NCBI RefSeq assembly: GCF_036321535.1
Contig: NC_087437.1
Location: 57,600,001 to 57,664,000, forward strand
Direction of reading: 5' to 3'
DNA length: 64,000 nucleotides
From: Camelus dromedarius
Lineage: Eukaryota
Every line of letters starts with the position of its first letter. The first letter of the stretch is position 1. Position numbers and translations under genes: made by a program. Below the pieces are notes generated by a model. It had not been told where the DNA came from. It made no database searches and was given only the letters and a program-made list of their open reading frames with translations. Shown here one piece after another: positions 51,871-64,000 of the stretch.

Positions 51871-52419
51871 GAGGTGAGGGGGGTTCGTCTGTGGACAGAA
51901 AGGAGGTAAGTTACACCTGGGATTTTCCACTGTGATCTGTGACTTTTAGAGGAGCTCCTCATTGGTAAGAAAGCTGTTTACAGCTTTGGAATATCATGCC
52001 TCCAGCCTTCAGTGCCTTTCTTTCCACTTTCAGTCTCGTCTCAGCCCCTCCACAATGAACACAGTCTGACAAGCGCAGCAGCATGCTCCATAAACGGCAC
52101 TGTCTCCGAAGCCCTGAGCCGCCTCCCACTCCAACAGGAATAAAGAGACCTTGAGACGGGCAATCCTTAACCTTCACGCTGCCTCAAAGCTAAGTAGAAA
52201 GAAAGGACACTCTTTTCCAGAGTATCCTCTTCACTAAAACAGTCTGCTGGGAAGACAAGAGAAGCAGGGCAGGGAAATCGAGCTAGGATGTGAAATGCCC
52301 ATCGGGATGCGGCTTCTGTACTGAGCCAATTTTATTCTTCATACCATTAGCCCCCTCCCTCCCAGATTCCTCCCTATAATATGATCACAAAAATTTAAAA
52401 TAACTCAAACACAGTTTAC

Positions 52420-53420
52420 GGACTTCCAAGATGCACTAGGTGCTGGGTACAAAGATGAGTAAGATGAAGTTCCTGCCTTGAAGGCAGCACCCACGGCCTC
52501 ACCACTGAGACATACACACAACTAATCATATGCAGTGAACACAGACAGTGCTGTCACAGAGGAGCAAACAAAACGCCACGGAATCACAGAGCAGGGATGC
52601 TAATTTTACCTGGGATGGTGGGTTCTGTGACAAGAAGCAGTTAAGAAAGGCTTTGGAGATGAAGCAACATTTAGACTTGGCCTTGAATAGGCAGGGCGGT
52701 TTTGCTTTGAGTCACATCAGCAGGGGGGACAGCCCAGTGGGACACACAGGCTGAGCGTGCTCAGGGACTAGGCAAGCACACCGTGTGGCGAGCAGCCAGG
52801 GTGTGGGGACGTAAGGGGGTGCACGCAGTGGCTGGAGGTGACAGCAGAAGGGGAACACCCATCCAGGACAGTTGAGGTTCTTTAAGCGCAGTTAGTAGGT
52901 TTTACTTTAACCCTTTAAACAGGTGCTTTCAAAACTCTTGATCATATTCCAATCTGTAAAAAATATTAAATCTACAGCTTCCCTTTATGTATATTTATTA
53001 TTTATGTTACATGTAGGTGCTACTCCACATAGTATGTGTATATTATAAATGAAAGTTCAAATGCTTAAAAAAAGACCAATACTAAATACACACAAAAATC
53101 AAGATACGCACGTGACAAGTTTGTCTTCCCCAACCCACTTCAGAGAAGGGATGCATTAGGTACCACCGCATCAGGTGGGGAAACTGAAGGATTTTAAGCC
53201 TGGGATAAATTATGAGGGCAGTATTTTAGAAAGCTGAATTGGGGAACAATACAGAAGGATGAATTAGAGTGGGTGATGCTGTGGTCGTGGAAGCCACGTG
53301 GGGAGCTGTCATGTATAATAAGGCCTCAGGTGGGCACTGGCGATGAGGATGGAGAGAAGAGGTCGGCCTGAGGACTGAGTGTGCTCAGTGGGGGTTAGTA
53401 GATGACAGGATGTGTAGACT
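52420..53420 (-). mobile_element. L2 fragment interrupted by an AT-rich hAT-like piece (about 52915-53150)
   Basis: gcactaggtgctgggtacaaagatgagtaag...cctgccttgaagg, ctgaaggattttaagcctggga. Confidence 0.7.
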
Positions 53421-54259
53421 CCCCTTAGTTCTAGAAAAATGTGTGACCTCTCTGTCCCTAGATAGATCCCTAGATCTATCATTAGGCCTCTAAGGAAGCC
53501 CTGTGTAAGCGCTGAATATCATGCAATATGAGGAAGGAGAAAGCTTGATGTGAGCATTTGACGGAAGCCAAATCACTTCTTTGCCTCTCTAAGGATTTCT
53601 GTTCACGAAGGGGACTTTGACTCTAGTCAACCTCACTGAGTCACAGCTCCTTCATCTTGCCCACACTGTGTTATCATCCAGGGAAGTAGATCTGAAGTGA
53701 ACATTGTCTTCCAAGCAACTCAAGAATGAGTCCTGGAGAATGCAAACCATGAGCTCTTTCAAACATGAAGGTAACCCTAGAATCTGAAGATTTTAGAACC
53801 AGAAAAGCCCTTCAGGGTGATCTCGTTCTACAGAGGAAGAAGCTGAACACTGGAGAGAGGGGAAACCCCACGCCAACCTATTTTCCAGTCCCTGCAGTCA
53901 GGGCTCTTTAATAGACCGCGATCCTTCCGTGCTGTGCCTCTTTAAATGCAAACCATTTTTCAGACCTCTCAGCGGTGTCCTGACCCTGTTCCAAACGAGC
54001 TGTGTGGTAACCAGAAAGCGTTTCATTTCTTTGTACATAGGCTTGCTTTGCTTCTGGTCAAATTGTTTAAATAACTACGACCTGCTTCTGAAGGCTGTTC
54101 TAAGGACTTAAGAGCACACATTGTGTTGTGTTACGTGACCAGCAAGTGGCCATGCTTGTGTGGTAGATTTGACTTTCAGACAGAATTAACACGGATGGGG
54201 GACCCAGAGTTAGGAACAGCAGAAATGGGCAAACTCTCCTAAGTTTCATTCACAGGTGA

Positions 54260-54460
54260 CAATTACCAAGCATTTACCACATATCACATGCTTTATGTAA
54301 ATTATCTCTTTGAACTCTCACAGACATAACTTAAGTCAGGCACCATCATTGGACCTTTTTTGTAATAGATTAGGAAATTGAGGATTACAGAGGTTAAGTC
54401 ACGTGCTCTAAATCACATAGGTAATGAATGCCAGAACCAGGCATCGAAGCCAGAACCCTC
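54260..54460 (-). mobile_element. MIR SINE
   Basis: agattaggaaattgaggattacagaggttaagtcacgtgctctaaatcacatag. Confidence 0.8.
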
Positions 54461-55185
54461 TGCTTTTTACTCTTCTTGTTGTGAATCATCACTTGTCTCT
54501 TAAAGAAATCTAACATGCTGATACTTCTCTCTTCTTGCTTTACTATGATCAGCCACAAAAATGGGAGAAACCTATGAAGCAAGGGACCAAGAAGAAACAG
54601 TGAACACTTAACTGGAGTTAAAGACAAAAAAGGGGGAGAAATGTAGACACTTCCATGCACCCAAATAGTTTTCTGTATTAAAAGCATCCTCACTTGGCAT
54701 AGGAAAAATCTTCTCAGGTAGTCTTAAGGCCTCCTTTTCACAGACACATCTTTTGGCACCAGAAATAAATCAACAGGACAGCACAGGCATGACAGTTTCC
54801 TGACATCAGAGGAGCTGCACGATGTTGGACCTGTCCTAAAACTGTCCTATATCCCAGAGGAGATCTTTTCATCCAAATTGGCAAGCCTGGGGAATTCCCT
54901 CCTGCACCACAAATCTAAATTGCCTGCAGGTAAAATGCCATTGTTGTAAAATGTGATCTTTGTCTATCATCTTTTTTATAGCATCCACCAAGAAAAATCC
55001 GCAGAGTCAACCAGAGTGAGTTGAAGAGGTAATAATACTTCCTGCAGAAGAGGCATTTAGGGCTCCCACAGCAGCACCTCAGTCAGCTTCGACTCAGCGG
55101 CAAGCTCGGGCCAGGCAGCATGGCGCGGTGGGAAATACAGGTCAGAGGGATTCAGACGTCTGGGGTCCGTTCCCAACCCTTTGCT

Positions 55186-55863
55186 CATCTCTACCCCCAC
55201 TGTCACCACCTTCATATCTCCCGGCTAGATTCCTCCAACAGCCTCCTCCTACCCGACTTCCGTTCCAAACCATAATACGGTGGAGGTAATATTTTATAGG
55301 ATAAATTGGATCATGTCACTCTCCTGCTTAAACTTTTTAATAGCTTCCCATTTCATTTACAATAAAACGTCAAACCCTTAGCATGGCCTGGAGAGCTTTG
55401 CAACCATCTGGCTTCTGTCTACCATTCCATCATCATCTCAATTTACTCTCTCCCTGGCTCACTAAGCTCCAGGCACACGCGCCTTCTTTCCCATCAGATC
55501 TAAGGATCTTTGCACCTTCATTTCCCTTTGCCTGGACTGATTTCTTCCTAAGAGAAATTCAAGTTTCAGTTTAAATACCCCTCCACAGAGGTCTTGTGTA
55601 GACCCCCAGCCTAAATCTGCCTTCATCTTCAAATGCAGGTTTTCTCTATCAACACACTACGTTTTCCTCTTCATCACATGCATCCCAATTTGTAATTAGG
55701 TATCCATTTTGCTTTACTTGTTTAATATCTATTTCTTCCTCTAGATGTAGCACCCCTGAGGGTGAGGCCATGTTAGTTTTATCCAGCACGAGACACCCAG
55801 TACGTATGCGGCATAGTGCCACCAACACAACGTAGGAAGCAAACACACACTTGTTCAATGTAC
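55186..55863 (+). mobile_element. L2 (L2a-like) 3' portion, apparently splitting a MIR (55114-55185 and 55864-55925)
   Basis: gatcatgtcactctcctgcttaaa...ctagatgtagcacccctgagggtgaggcc...cttgttcaatg. Confidence 0.8.
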
Positions 55864-57149
55864 TCATTTCCTCTCTCTATGCTTCAAGTTTCATCTATAA
55901 AATGACAGTTTTGGAGCAATTCAGTGGCTGAAATCTAAGATCCCTGAAACCTAAGGGATTCCTAAATAGAAACAGATACTTAGAAGCTGTTTGCAATGAA
56001 TTAAAACTGAAAATGGAGAAAGTATTTTTAATAGATTTTAGGGAGATTACATCTTTCATCAGTGCATATTAATGAAAATTGTTAAAATTCCATTTAAAAA
56101 TGTAATATCAACTCTAATAATGCAATTAATTTATGACCTGATATAACAATACACAAAAGAGAAGGAGGAGTATTTATCAAATGTGGATGGTACACTATAA
56201 ATGTAAATATGAACTGAATGCTATATCTCAAATTCACTTTGGGAGGCTCTCGGGGGAAACCTGAAAGCATCTGAAACAGAAGTACAAGAAACTGCCACTG
56301 TGACTGATAATGAGGGGCTACTACAGATGCATAGATGAAAAATCCCACAGACAAAGATATGAACCTATGGTTTTCAGATAAGAGTGTCAAGACAGTACTC
56401 TCAATGGTGGCCACTCTAATTGCAGACACCTATGCACAAAAAAAAAAAAAAAAAAAAAGGCTGCCAGGGTTCAGTGCTACAGGGATTGATCTATCTATAG
56501 CTAATGACTCCCCCAAATTTTGCAGAGGAAACCAGCTTGACTTTAATACCCAACCCTGTTTAAAAAATTGTCCATGGTTTCCCATTCGTGTGTGACACAT
56601 TCTAGTAGCAGAAGGCACAGTTTATCAACAAATAAAAATTTACATTGTTATATGTTTCTTTGGGAAAACAAGTAAACATTAAACCATACATTAAATTTTA
56701 GCTATTTGTTAGAGAGCCAAAAATTTGTTTTCATTTACAAAAAAAATTCGTTTTTTATTTTATGTTTCCAAATTTTGTACTTGGTTCTATAAAAAAACCA
56801 GCTTAATTTTAGAATCTCTGTTTTGTTTCTAAATGATAAGTTAGGAGAATAACTGTGAAGTTCTTTGCAAGTATCCACCCCAAACCCATTCTGTTAGCGG
56901 AACATCTTTATTGTCATAAATGGAAAACTAAAAACGTTCATGAGATTTTCTCTTTTAACTTTGCTACTGACTCTAAAAACTTCTTGATGTGTCAAATAAG
57001 AATTCTGATCAGTGATTTTAAATTTTGGTGAAGATTATCTTGATTATAATTTCAAGATTTATTATCATTTGACATACTCATTAACTCTTCCATTTATTTA
57101 AATTCTCCTTTTAAGATGAAATAAATATTTCAAACATGTGAAAAACAGA

Positions 57150-57425
57150 CACAACAACAGCCCTCAATATGTGCATTACCATGAACCAGGGACTATGAAA
57201 TGATTTCTAAGCACAGCATTGACTCATTCAGCCTTTACAACAGCCCTACAAGGTTTTTGTCTGGTTTTTGTTTTTCTTCATTTCACAATGATGAGATTTA
57301 GGCACAAAGAAGTGAAGTAATTGCCCAGGGTCCCACCTTTCATTAAGAAGGAGGGCTTTAGGATCTGGGCTGGGGAAGTCTGGCTCGAGAACACACAGTG
57401 CAGGCTACCATTCTCCACTGCCTCT
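57150..57425 (-). mobile_element. MIR SINE
   Basis: ttcatttcacaatgatgagatttaggcacaaagaagtgaagtaattgcccaggg. Confidence 0.75.
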
Positions 57426-57797
57426 CATATATCCATGAACTTACCATCCACTTTTAACAAATACTAATATTTTCATAACTGCTTCAAATCTTTTTACATA
57501 ATTAAAACATTGTAGTCATCTCCTTAATTCCATTCCACTACTTTCCTAACCAGATCCAGCCACATTTCTGGCTTTCTTGTTCATGTTTGTTCCTTTACCC
57601 CATCTTTATGTGTTCTCCCAAAATACTTGGTGCTATTTTGTGTACTGTACATTTTTACACAAAAAATATCATGCTGTACATCCCATTCAGCAATCTGATT
57701 ATCTCATGTTGTATATATATCATATGTTTGGATTTTGAATTTTCATCTGATCGGAAAGTTCCTTAATAGATGACTATTAACACTCTGCATTCATTGT

Positions 57798-57911
57798 TTT
57801 TTTTTTTAATTTATTGAACTACAGTCAATTACAATGTGTCTATCTCTCGTGTGCAGCACAATGTCCCAGTCTTGCATATACATACATATATCCATTTTCA
57901 TATTATTTGAT
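57798..57911 (-). mobile_element. Young L1 3' tail (camelid-like) nested in old L1
   Basis: Poly(T) then cagcacaatgtcccagtcttgcatata. TSD tctgSattcattgt at 57784-57797 and 57912-57925. Confidence 0.88.
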
Positions 57912-57929
57912 TCTGGATTCATTGTAATT

Positions 57930-59800
57930 TCTGGTTTAGTTGTTTTTATTTCTAGCATCTTAGTTTGTGTTTTCTATTTACTTTGCACTTATTTGCTTCT
58001 TTATTTATCCCCTTGTCCTTTGAATTGGATTGATTTAATTTTCTTTATTCTCCTTCCAATTTTCCCTTTATTTTGATTTGAGAATCATAGTTTATTTCTA
58101 TTAATTTAGTGGTTACTTGAATATTCAACATAAATTTGTAATTTAGCAAAGTTCAAGTGTAATTTTTATTATCATTAAGCTCCTACCAAATAATGCAAGC
58201 ACCTTTAAGCTCTAAAATCCTCCCACTCCTGTCACTGTATGGAGTTCTGGCTTTTTTTTTAAGCCTGTGAAAGGCTTGCCATAGGATCTTTGTCAATGAT
58301 TACGTATTAAATATACCAACATATTTTCCATATTTTTTGCTCACCATTGCATTTTCAACCCCTTCTTCCCTCTAGATTCAATCTCCTCTTTGTGAACCAG
58401 TAAGGAAAGTCTGTAAATGATAAAATTTTTCAGTGAAATGAGAAACTGTCATGTCAAAACATGTCATGGTTACGCCACATGTGTTTACTTCTCTCTCTTT
58501 TGAACTGTAGTTAAATGGGTATACTGTACCATGACAGCTGTTCTCCCTCAGCATTCTGAAAATACTATCCCATTTTCTTCTAGCAGCCATTATTGCTGAT
58601 GACAAGTCAGTAGTAAGTCTACCTATCTTTCATTTTTAGTTAACCTCTTTTTTCTCTGGCCACTTTTAAGATATTTTATCTTCACTGTAATATGGTTTTG
58701 CTACAATACCTGATGGGAACTTTTTAAAATAACTTGATGGGACAAGGTCACATGAATTTTTCAGTTCTGCAAATTCTCTATTTTAATCTTTTTAATTATA
58801 GATGATCTGACATTGTCTTTTTTATTTTCCAGAACTCCTATGCCATGCATGTTGGAGTTTCTCCATATAACTTAAACCCTCAGTGTTTTCCACCTCTCTG
58901 ATTCTGAGCGATTTCTTTGATTTCATTTCCCAGTCAAACATCTTCTCTTCTATTGTGTATAGCTTGCTTTTGAACACATGCATAGATTTTTCCCCTAAGA
59001 TTACAATTACTGTATAATTGTTTTTATATTTTAATCTACTTTTGTAGATTACTAGTCTATTCCTGCTTATGGTTTCTAATTCTTTGAACTATCAAACATT
59101 TAAAATATTTTTAACTGAAAATTTAGGGGTATAAATTCCTCAATTTGTTGTGTTTTATCCTTGTGTGGTTTCTATTACTGGACAATAAGACTTTCTTCAA
59201 AGGGAGTTTTGTGCTGTCTTAGACTGTAAAACCATCAAGAAGGGTTTACAATCCCTTTCATGATACTTTGTGGATTTCTCCAAAGCAGAGATGTTTTTAC
59301 ATTAATGTCTCAGACTGGAATTCCTGCTTAACAAGGGGATATCATTCATATTTTACAATTTGACTTTGGACCTCACCCACGAAGTGGTCCAGGCCAAGGT
59401 TTCTAATTCCTTTCAGACAACACTTTCCACCTGCTACCTTAGGTGAGCATTAAGCTCCTTTCAATTTTCCTCGGCGGGTGGAATGTTTTGTTAACTCACC
59501 ATTTTTCGGAATGAGCAGTGTCTCTGTTACAGGTCCCTGCCCACCTAATACAGGCCTGAGGCCTCATCTCCTGGGCCTGCATGAGGGCTAAACCCAGTGC
59601 CCAGCTAGCGATGCCCATGTCTGATAATCCCCCTCGAAGCACATGAAACCAGTTCCTCCTCATCTCCATGAATATAAATGCCCTCCTTTCTGGCGGCTGA
59701 GGAGTTTCCCTCTTTGGTTTTGGGCTCAACTGCGCATTTTAATTCTGCTGTTGTTGTTATACTCTCTCCAGCAGATCCGTCTATTTTTAAATGAAAGGCA
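57930..59800 (-). mobile_element. Very old L1/HAL1-like ORF1 and 5' region
   Basis: ORF 58378-58605 contains ARRKWDSIFRMLRENSC...YP, resembling the L1 ORF1p C-terminal ARRxWxxIFxxLKE...YP motif. The strand is T-rich. Confidence 0.7.
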
Positions 59801-62084
59801 GAGTCCTTTTGTAACAGCTCAGATTATAATACTAAAGTCTCATCATTTCAACATCAACGTTTCTACGCCTCCTATCTTTAGCAAATGATACATTATGGGG
59901 TAACATTAAAACTGTGTAATCTTCAAAACCATCACTGTAGTTAGAACTGTGCAATCAAATAAGAGAAAACCAAGAAATACCTTTAAGGACTGAATCACAA
60001 GCACACCTATTTGATCCTTTCTGTGTGTCAAGGAGCCATTCATTCATTCAGTAACTGAGAGCCCACCAGAGCCAGGAACTACACAGGGAGACTGCAATAC
60101 AGTAGGGAGCTCACTAGTTATACATTCCCAAACTTTACATCTTAAAAGAAAAATAATTTTAAAATAATATATGATTGTTTTAAGGAAAATAATGCATATA
60201 AACAGATATTATTTTCCCTAGAGGACTGCAAACCCCCAGTTGGGAAAACCATTCTTATTCCCCTTTATTTTACAAGTGAGGGACTAGAACCCCAGTGCAA
60301 GAGAGCCTTTTCTTATATTACACATGGATCAAAATTCTGCCAGAACCCTTTTTCCTAAATATAACAACAGCTTTTCTAAAAATGTAAAGATAGGGACATC
60401 ACTACTTTGCAGTTGGAAACTAAACAGGTAAACCTCAGATCATTGATAGACATAATTTTGGTAAGCCTGAATTCAAGATTTCCAAAAGCAACAGGGATGG
60501 CTTCATTTTTTACATTTCAGCAAAACAGTTCTCTAAGAACATTCGCTGACTGGTATTAAGTGTACACTCTAATTTAAGACAATGATATTTATTTGTTCTT
60601 TCTTGCATTTTTAATCTTTCCCCCAACTCCACAGAATCAGAAACACTTCCTACCCAGCTTCAATTATTCATACCTACCGTTTTCATACAACTATGTAATA
60701 AACACATGTGTGTATGACGATTCATTGAATATGTTAACAAATACAAATTGTAACATGCATTCTGGGGATGACCTAGGCAAAATGTCAAAAACGTTCCTTT
60801 GTACTCTGATACTTGCAGTAAGGGCCTGAGGGACACTCGGAAGCTTCAGCGCTTTTGGAAACATTCAGCAAAGCGATGAAATTTACAATACGCCTACTTC
60901 CTAGAATGGCTCTTTTTACACACCTAACACACCCATCACACACACACATATGTGCACACACCCAAATAAACAATTGTGGATTTTTCTTAAATTTCACATT
61001 CTTAAGGATACTGCCTTATTCACCCAGTTTAACAATATTAATGAACTCTTAGCAGAAGTCAGTTGGAAGTACACTGGGCTAGGAGTCAGAAAGTTGAAGT
61101 TCTAGCCCTCGCTCTGCCACTGGAGCAATTGCTTCATTCTTCAGGTTCCTCAGGTAAGATTATAGGAGTTAGATTTTCCAGATCGTTTTTAGATACTTTG
61201 TTTCATGGTTTTAAAAAATAATGGTGATGATAAGGCATTTGGCTTATGATTTTATTATATTTTAGTTTTCCGGTACCATGAAATACCCAGATTTGAACAG
61301 ATTCAGACACCACAGTGATGTATAACAGAGACCTTTCACAGCACAGTGCTCGGGGAAAAAAATGGCCAGAAATTAATAACAAGATTTAAATTAAAGGCTG
61401 TGCCAGAAATCTGTAAGAACACTAAGTCAGTTCCAACTTTAAGCAATAATAATTAATATCCACTAATAATTGAGTGGGTGATATGCAGTTTCAGTTCCGG
61501 GTGCCCAAGCTTCCCTTTCTTGTCTCATTATTAAGAATTACAATGGACCACGCTGCAGATAAACCTTTAAGCAAAGCATATTTCTTCTGTTTGCTTAATG
61601 GGCTGGCATCTTCTTGGAATTCAGAGTTCTGGAACTTAATATTGGTTGTGAGATAATTTATGATTAACTTCAACATCCTCTTTCACACTGGGAAAACTCT
61701 CAGTCTGTTTCAAAGTCTGAAACTTTATTAACTTTCATGTGCTTAAGTGAAAACATACCAAACCATATTCTACAGTCTAGCAGAGGATAAAGAGATGGTG
61801 GCTAACAGAGTATAAATGCACAAGACAAAATAAATGAACTAAACCAAAAACATTATGAGAAAGTAATAATGACATTATTTCAAAAACGGAGTTCTTGTCC
61901 AGAAAGTCTGTTTATGATAATAAGATAGTAAAAATAACCTGGGGAAATCAGCCCCTAATTAAGTAAGGATTAAGTAGAACATAGCACAACATTGTTGAAG
62001 GCAGCTACCTTATTTCATCAGACTGGCTTCCCTCTCCCTTAGAGTCCAGTAGCAAGGGAAAGAATGCTGTGCTGTATACTTAAG

Positions 62085-62393
62085 CCAATGCTATCCAAAG
62101 ATTACATAGTGGCAAGTCACACAGGTAATTTTAACTTTTCTACCAGTCATATCCAAGAAAGGAAAAAAATGGCTGAAATTATTCTAATAATATTTTTCAT
62201 TTAAACTAGTATATCCAAAATACATAATCAACATAAGAAGTATTAATGAGATATTTTACATCCTTTTTCTTCATGCTAAGTCTTGAAAATCTACTGTGTA
62301 TTTCACAATTACAACACGTCTCAACTCGAACCAACCACTTTCAAGTGCTCAAAGGCCGCATGAGCTAGTGAGCATCACACTGGACAGCATAGC
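62085..62393. mobile_element. MER33-like hAT-Charlie MITE
   Basis: taattttaacttttctaccagtcat, tattaatgagatattttacat, tttcaagtgctcaa...ctggacagcatag. Confidence 0.85.
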
Positions 62394-62584
62394 CCTCGAC
62401 GGTTGCTCATCTTAATAGACATATTTCTCCAGAGGGCAGTGAAGTGCCTGTGATATAAAGCAATAATTATCTCCGTGATCCATAATGTGAATCCTCAGAA
62501 TAACGAGGTAGAGGTAACCTAAGACCACATATGTTCTGGAAAATACATACCAAAGGAAGATGCAAGACAAAAATTATATCCTAA

Positions 62585-62589
62585 GCCTG

Positions 62590-62626
<37 letters not shown>
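62585..62626. repeat. (CCTG)n tetranucleotide microsatellite at an L2 tail
   Basis: Read directly from the sequence. Confidence 0.95.
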
Positions 62627-62627
<1 letters not shown>

Positions 62628-62629
62628 TC

Positions 62630-63500
62630 TTTCCTTCCATCCTTACACTGGTCCTTCCTTCCACCAACACTCTGGCCTCGGCACTATGCCAAGAAATACA
62701 AGTGTGAACAAGACTGTTATGGTCAGAGCCCTTGTGAAGTTGACCCTGTAACAGGAAAAGAGAGAACTTAATTAAGTAATTCTATGATTAATTAATTACA
62801 AATCTGAGAAGTGCTCTGGAGGAGTCCTGGCTGCTATGGAGGATGGACTTTACCTAGTCTCAAGGGAGTTGCTGTGGACTGAATGCTTTTATCTCCCAAA
62901 ATTTATATATTGAAATCCTAACCTCCAAGGTAATGGTATTAGGAGGCAGGGCCTTAGGGAGGTGAACAGATCATGAATGGGATTAGTGTGCTTATAAAAG
63001 AGGCCCCAGAGAGATCCCTGACCCCTTCCTAGCACGCGAGGTCATAGCAAGAAGATGGCCATCGGTGAGGAAGTGAATCGACGGCCCCCGTGATCCTGGA
63101 CTCCTGGACTCCTGGACTGTGAGAAATAAATGTTTGTTGTTCTTAAGCCAAGCATTTTATGGTATTTCTGTGATAGCAGCCTAAACAAACTTAGACAGGA
63201 GTCAAAAATAGCTTCTATCAGGACATAACATTGACAATGAACGAGTCCTCAAGGACAAGGAGGAATTAGCTTGATGGAGCAGGTGGGTGGAAGTGGAAAT
63301 TAATACCATTCTACACAAGGGCAGCAGTATGAGAGAATAGGTTCAAAGTCAGAAAAGACTTTGGTGAATTTAAACAATTGAAACTTTGGCTGGAGTTTGG
63401 AAACTAAGAGTATGGAACACAGGCCAAGATGAGCCCAGATCATTCAGAAGGTCATAGACCATGTTGGAAGAAGTGGCGTGAAGGCAAGAGTCACCTGGGG
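62630..63500 (-). mobile_element. L2 interrupted by the MLT1A LTR
   Basis: ggcactatgccaagaaatacaagtgtgaacaagac...cccttgtgaagttgac. The L2 resumes after 63202. Confidence 0.75.
62870..63197 (+). mobile_element. MLT1A/MLT1A0 MaLR solo LTR, complete
   Basis: TG...CA termini (tgctgtggactgaatg...cttagaca) and an AATAAA. Perfect 5-bp TSD GGAGT at 62865-62869 and 63198-63202. Confidence 0.93.
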
Positions 63501-64000
63501 AACTCTGGACTGAAAAAGCAGAAGATACATGGAAGACACAGAAAAGGCAATTTCGAGTACACTTTTTATTGCACTTGTCCACCAATAAACCAGCGATACA
63601 GGTCCATCTATACCCAGGCTGGCCACCCCTTTCTCATCTATGTCAGTGGTGTAGAACTTCAAATATATAGCTATAAAAACCTAAACATCGCTATACAAAT
63701 CTAGCCTTTGATTTTCTGTACCTTTTGTCCAAGAATAATAGCCTTCCTTTTCTCACCAGTTATTAGTGTGGTCTTCTTCTCTATTGCCTGTAGCAATAAC
63801 AAAATGTACTGCTATAAAAAACAAAGCACAAAGTCACTCAAAGCAGCAGGTCTGCCCAGCAGTGAAATTCTTTTTCCCTCCTTTGCTGTTACTAACCTAG
63901 AGAAAGCAATCAATCCCAATGAATTATAATTATATAACATTTATAATTCATAATTATATAATTTCTATGGAATGTTTCTCAACTGTATTATACCAATATA

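Noticed and set aside
55070..55092. CAGCACCtcAGTCAGC as a REST/NRSE site
   Set aside because: The right half deviates from GGACAG at key positions and the left flank lacks TT, so the match is weak.

Overview
Mammalian, AT-rich, repeat-dense genomic DNA. It is probably cetartiodactyl and most likely camelid, inferred from the L1 3' tail types and the absence of Alu, Bov-tA, PRE1 and Can-SINE. The whole window lies inside the FGF12 (FHF1) gene on the minus strand. Two coding exons are visible, 43209-43319 (111 bp, [37 protein letters not shown]) and 17030-17133 (104 bp, [35 protein letters not shown]). They splice in frame across a 26,075-bp GT-AG intron, and the first and last exons lie outside the window. 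The rest is intron filled with L1, L2, CR1/L3, MIR, MaLR/ERVL LTRs, hAT DNA transposons and microsatellites. None of the ORF-track entries is a credible gene. I see no convincing novel multi-gene system. The most interesting observations are small: a homotypic T-box/FOX/homeobox motif cluster (candidate enhancer), a CpG- and hairpin-rich island, a 58-bp locally templated insertion, an L1 insertion with both a twin-priming inversion and a probable 3' transduction, an old local duplication and a tandem MER5 array. Repeat subfamily names and most repeat boundaries were recognised by eye and are approximate.
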